A stretch of 63,017 nucleotides of DNA, filler included, from Octopus bimaculoides (taxonomy: Eukaryota): assembly GCF_001194135.2 (NCBI RefSeq). It is 6 parts of 6 records of this genome, joined end to end, with 100 filler letters (N's around TTAATTAATTAA, not from the genome) between each part and the next. Parts side by side here need not be neighbours in the genome. Positions count along the whole stretch, not along the records: positions 61,449 to 63,017 come from NW_026323352.1; 5 more parts are not named here. The stretch is one strand, 5' to 3'. How positions within the stretch are numbered: the first letter of the stretch is position 1; the number at the start of each line of letters is the position of its first letter. Position numbers and translations under genes: made by a program. Positions 61,490 to 63,017 of the stretch are shown in pieces. The notes under the pieces were generated by a model. That model was given only the letters and a program-made list of their open reading frames with translations. It was not told the origin of the DNA and made no database searches.

Positions 61490-62288
61490 ATTTTGAAGAA
61501 AACAATTGCAGGATATGAGGAATTGGATATTTGTCTGCTTTTGTTTTTGCATTAAGTTGTCTAAAATCTCCACAAGGACACCAGTCAATGAGATTTTTTT
61601 TTACCATAACTAATGGAGTTGACCAGCTACTGCTTGAAGGACGAATTATACCAAAGTCCAACATATGACTAAACTCAGCCTTTGCAATCTTCAATTTTTC
61701 CGGAGATAGTCTTCTCAGCTTGAAAAAACTTGGAAGTCCTTGTGTGATGATGTGATGTGTTACTGAATGCATACACTTGGTATTTAGAGCTAATGGTGTC
61801 GTAATTTTAGGATAATTCTTCAACAACCTGTGATACCGATTTTCTGAGGATGCTATGAAATACAATGGACTGTCTGTGACCTTTCTGCATCTCATTCCTT
61901 GGATTTTTAATGAAGTTTCTGTGTCTATCAGTTTTTGTTTTCTTGTATCTACCATTAAACTGTAGTGTGCGAGAAAATCTTCCCCCAATATTGGTAAAGG
62001 TAGATCCGCTACTATGAAGATCCACTTAAATTCTCTTCGTAGATTTATATTGAGAGTTAGGCTAATCTCTCCAAATGTTTGGATTTCAGATTGATTAGCT
62101 GCTTGAAGAGTTAAATATACAGGCTTTGATTTTTCTTTTAAAAGTTTTACAGGCCAAATTGAACAAGCTGCTCCTGTATCAACCAAAAACCTTTCTTTAG
62201 AGTTCGTGTCAAAAACGAAAAATACGCAACTTTTATTTAAGCTATCCACAGATTTCGTTGCATCTAATCTGTGGTTGAGAAGTTTCCC
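61490..62288 (-). mobile_element. pol: Ty3/Gypsy (CsRn1-like) pol: protease and N-terminal RT, truncated
   Basis: FLVDTGAACSIWP (aspartic protease), LPLPILGEDFL, RRLSPEK ... MLDFGIIRPSSSSWSTPLVMVKK ... CGDFRQLN ... DKYPIPHI. Similarity is lost near 61500. Confidence 0.92.
62224..62288 (-). promoter_or_regulatory. Predicted -1 ribosomal frameshift cassette (G GGA AAC plus stem-loop or H-type pseudoknot)
   Basis: In-phase heptamer at 62282-62288, 7-nt spacer, 9-bp stem CCACAGAUU/AAUCUGUGG, and loop AUGCAAC pairing with downstream GUUGCGU. The -1 frame is continuous with pol. Confidence 0.8.
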
Positions 62289-63016
62289 GACTTTCTTTTT
62301 GTCAAAAAATTAAATGAACATGGTTTCACACAGCGATAAGATTTGTCACCAAACTCTGTATGGTACCAGCATATGGCGTTTCTTTGGGGACTTTTCGATC
62401 TCCTTCGTCGTCTTGTGTTTCTTGTATTTGTGTGACTGTCTCTTTCGAACTGAAGACTTTCAATTTTCTTCGTCAATAACTCAAATTGTTTTTCATAACT
62501 CTCCTTCAATGCTTGTATTTCATCAGAGATTGAAGGAATTGCATTTACAGACTCTCTAGATGACAATTCCAAAATGCCATCCGCTAAATCTGCCAATTGT
62601 TGAAGAGAGTTTTGATTTTTCACTGCCGAAAGCAAGGTTTGTGTCTTGTAGGGCAATTTAGTAAAGAAAACCTCTTTGAGGTAAGATTCTTCTATTTGTT
62701 GATCTCCAAGGAGTTCGTTCATCCTCCGAAGAAGTTGTGTCGGCTTCTTATTGCCTAATTCTTCATTATTGAACAGCTTCGCAAATTCTTTCTGTTTTGA
62801 ATTTGAAGTTCTTTTTAATATTTCTGCTTTAATTGCAGAATATGAAACTGGCTCGACAGGATTTAAGAATAAATCTCTAATTTCATAGCTTAGAGCTGGA
62901 GGCAAATTACTCAGCATTATATGATATTTTTGCTCTTCATTTGTTATGTGATTTGTCTTAAAGCTTAACTCTAGTTGTGTCAACCAGATTAATGTGTCTC
63001 CCGTCCAAGGAGGAGA
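62264..63016 (-). CDS. gag: Ty3/Gypsy (CsRn1-like) gag, open to the window edge
   Basis: PPW ... WLTQLELSF ... ELGNKKPTQLLRRM ... CWYHTEFGDKSYRCVKPC, the CHCC motif typical of the CsRn1 lineage. No stops. Confidence 0.88.
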   Translation of the reverse strand, partial: SPPWTGDTLIWLTQLELSFKTNHITNEEQKYHIMLSNLPPALSYEIRDLFLNPVEPVSYSAIKAEILKRTSNSKQKEFAKLFNNEELGNKKPTQLLRRMNELLGDQQIEESYLKEVFFTKLPYKTQTLLSAVKNQNSLQQLADLADGILELSSRESVNAIPSISDEIQALKESYEKQFELLTKKIESLQFERDSHTNTRNTRRRRRSKSPQRNAICWYHTEFGDKSYRCVKPCSFNFLTKRKSGNFSTTD

Positions 63017-63017
63017 T

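Noticed and set aside
1-63017. CRISPR array, rRNA or prokaryotic operon
   Set aside because: No repeat-spacer periodicity, rRNA motifs or dense gene packing; the sequence is eukaryotic repeat-rich DNA.

Overview
This is an AT-rich, gapped eukaryotic scaffold (roughly 6 kb of N) made almost entirely of transposable-element debris and microsatellites. I recognise no host exon. The SINE families and microsatellite density resemble a coleoid cephalopod, most likely Octopus; this is recalled from repeat families, not verified. Contents: (1) many R4/Dong-like non-LTR retroelements with a restriction-like endonuclease (RLE), nested in (TAA)n tracts and densest at 24.2-30.7 kb; (2) a second RLE family associated with (CATA)n; (3) RTE-clade RT and 3' ends; (4) two Penelope-like (PLE) GIY-YIG fragments; (5) several tRNA-derived SINE families; (6) Helitron and HINE-like pieces; (7) three Tc1/mariner fragments; (8) a CsRn1-like Ty3/Gypsy gag-pol at the right edge with a clear -1 frameshift cassette. 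The most interesting signal is a set of minimal type I hammerhead-ribozyme (HHR) motifs. Two elements carry back-to-back inverted HHR pairs (8.2-8.8 kb and 40.6-40.9 kb), and the second has a rare G3:C8 core covariation. Most ORFs in the supplied track are microsatellite or N-gap artefacts. All family, clade and RNA-structure assignments were made by eye from motifs and need HMM, Infernal or Dfam confirmation.
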